Assembly: GCA_026004595.1 (NCBI GenBank)
Contig: BPJL01000003.1
Location: forward strand, 34,984-98,983
Reading direction: 5' to 3'
DNA length: 64,000 nt
From: Patescibacteria group bacterium
GTDB lineage: Bacteria; Patescibacteriota; WWE3; UBA101185; UBA10185
The position numbers and the translations under genes are program-made. The stretch's first letter is position 1, and every line of letters starts with the position of its first letter. The notes under the pieces are model-generated. The model ran no database searches. It saw only the letters and a list, made by a program, of their open reading frames with translations, and was not told the origin of the DNA. Shown here piece by piece: positions 63,702-64,000 of the stretch.

Positions 63702-64000
63702 TTACCACCGAGCTATATCTTTTACCGTAATTAACAATAAAAGTACTAACAAGGCGGCCATTCCTATCCTATGAAAAGCAGCTTCGATTTTGGGATTAAC
63801 TTTCTTTTTGAATACTCCTTCAAACAGGACAAAGGCAGTTCTTCCGCCGTCTAATGCCGGAAAAGGCAGAATGTTGACAAAAGCCAAACTCAGAGACATC
63901 AATGCCGTGTAGTCTAGCAAGGTTAGCCAAGCGTTAGGACCTCCATACTTGAGAACCATATCCACCAAGTTGTATATTCCGACAGGTCCGGTCACTCCTT
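63702..64000 (-). CDS. RseP-like site-2 zinc metalloprotease (M50), C-terminal part; the gene continues past the window end
   Basis: ...NILPFPALDGGR... LDG motif and a C-terminal TM helix. Confidence 0.65.
   Translation of the reverse strand, partial: GVTGPVGIYNLVDMVLKYGGPNAWLTLLDYTALMSLSLAFVNILPFPALDGGRTAFVLFEGVFKKKVNPKIEAAFHRIGMAALLVLLLLITVKDIARW

Noticed and set aside
1-64000. CRISPR arrays, rRNA genes, IS elements
   Set aside because: No regularly spaced direct repeats, no rRNA-like conserved stretches and no transposase-like ORFs were seen in any frame.

Overview
Low-GC, gene-dense bacterial segment that reads like a streamlined CPR/Patescibacteria-type genome. It carries one large type IV pilus (T4P) locus on the minus strand (5.3-20.4 kb): pilO/pilN/pilM, a PilX-like gene, eight prepilin genes, pilD, pilC, pilT and pilB, with a GAF histidine kinase and a REC-only response regulator embedded in it. 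The rest is informational and housekeeping genes: recG (3' part), rsmD, nusB, an ACP homolog, rnc, rpsP, trmD, gyrB, gyrA, H+-pyrophosphatase, rnhB, a CBS-less IMPDH-family gene, a Xer-type recombinase, ruvC, yebC, efp, tRNA-Leu(CAA), dnaB, rpmE, prfA, htrA, ctpA, rpsR-ssb-rpsF, ychF, cysS, recR, dnaX, pth, ybeY, yqeY, rpsU and rseP (partial). Between about 18 and 50 kb most long genes are broken into several ORFs by frame changes, including gyrA, gyrB, dnaB, efp, prfA, hppA, pilB and pilT. The three junctions I could reconstruct at nucleotide level (pilT, the holB-like gene, prfA) sit in short homopolymer runs, and rnhB has a one-base surplus in a G-rich stretch; I treat these as sequencing or assembly indels rather than genuine pseudogenes. 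No rRNA, CRISPR array or prophage was found. The observations I rate highest are: an ACP homolog whose phosphopantetheine-attachment Ser is replaced by Glu; a dif-like 11-6-11 palindrome beside a lone Xer recombinase gene; an AT-rich 0.9 kb non-coding region with iteron-like TATGACAAT repeats and a consensus DnaA box; a membrane-anchored TraD/VirD4/HerA-superfamily ATPase beside a LytR_C protein; a small ORF whose -10 element is buried in a perfect palindrome; an apparently leaderless hppA; a repeated terminator-like hairpin element; and long poly-G and poly-C tracts.
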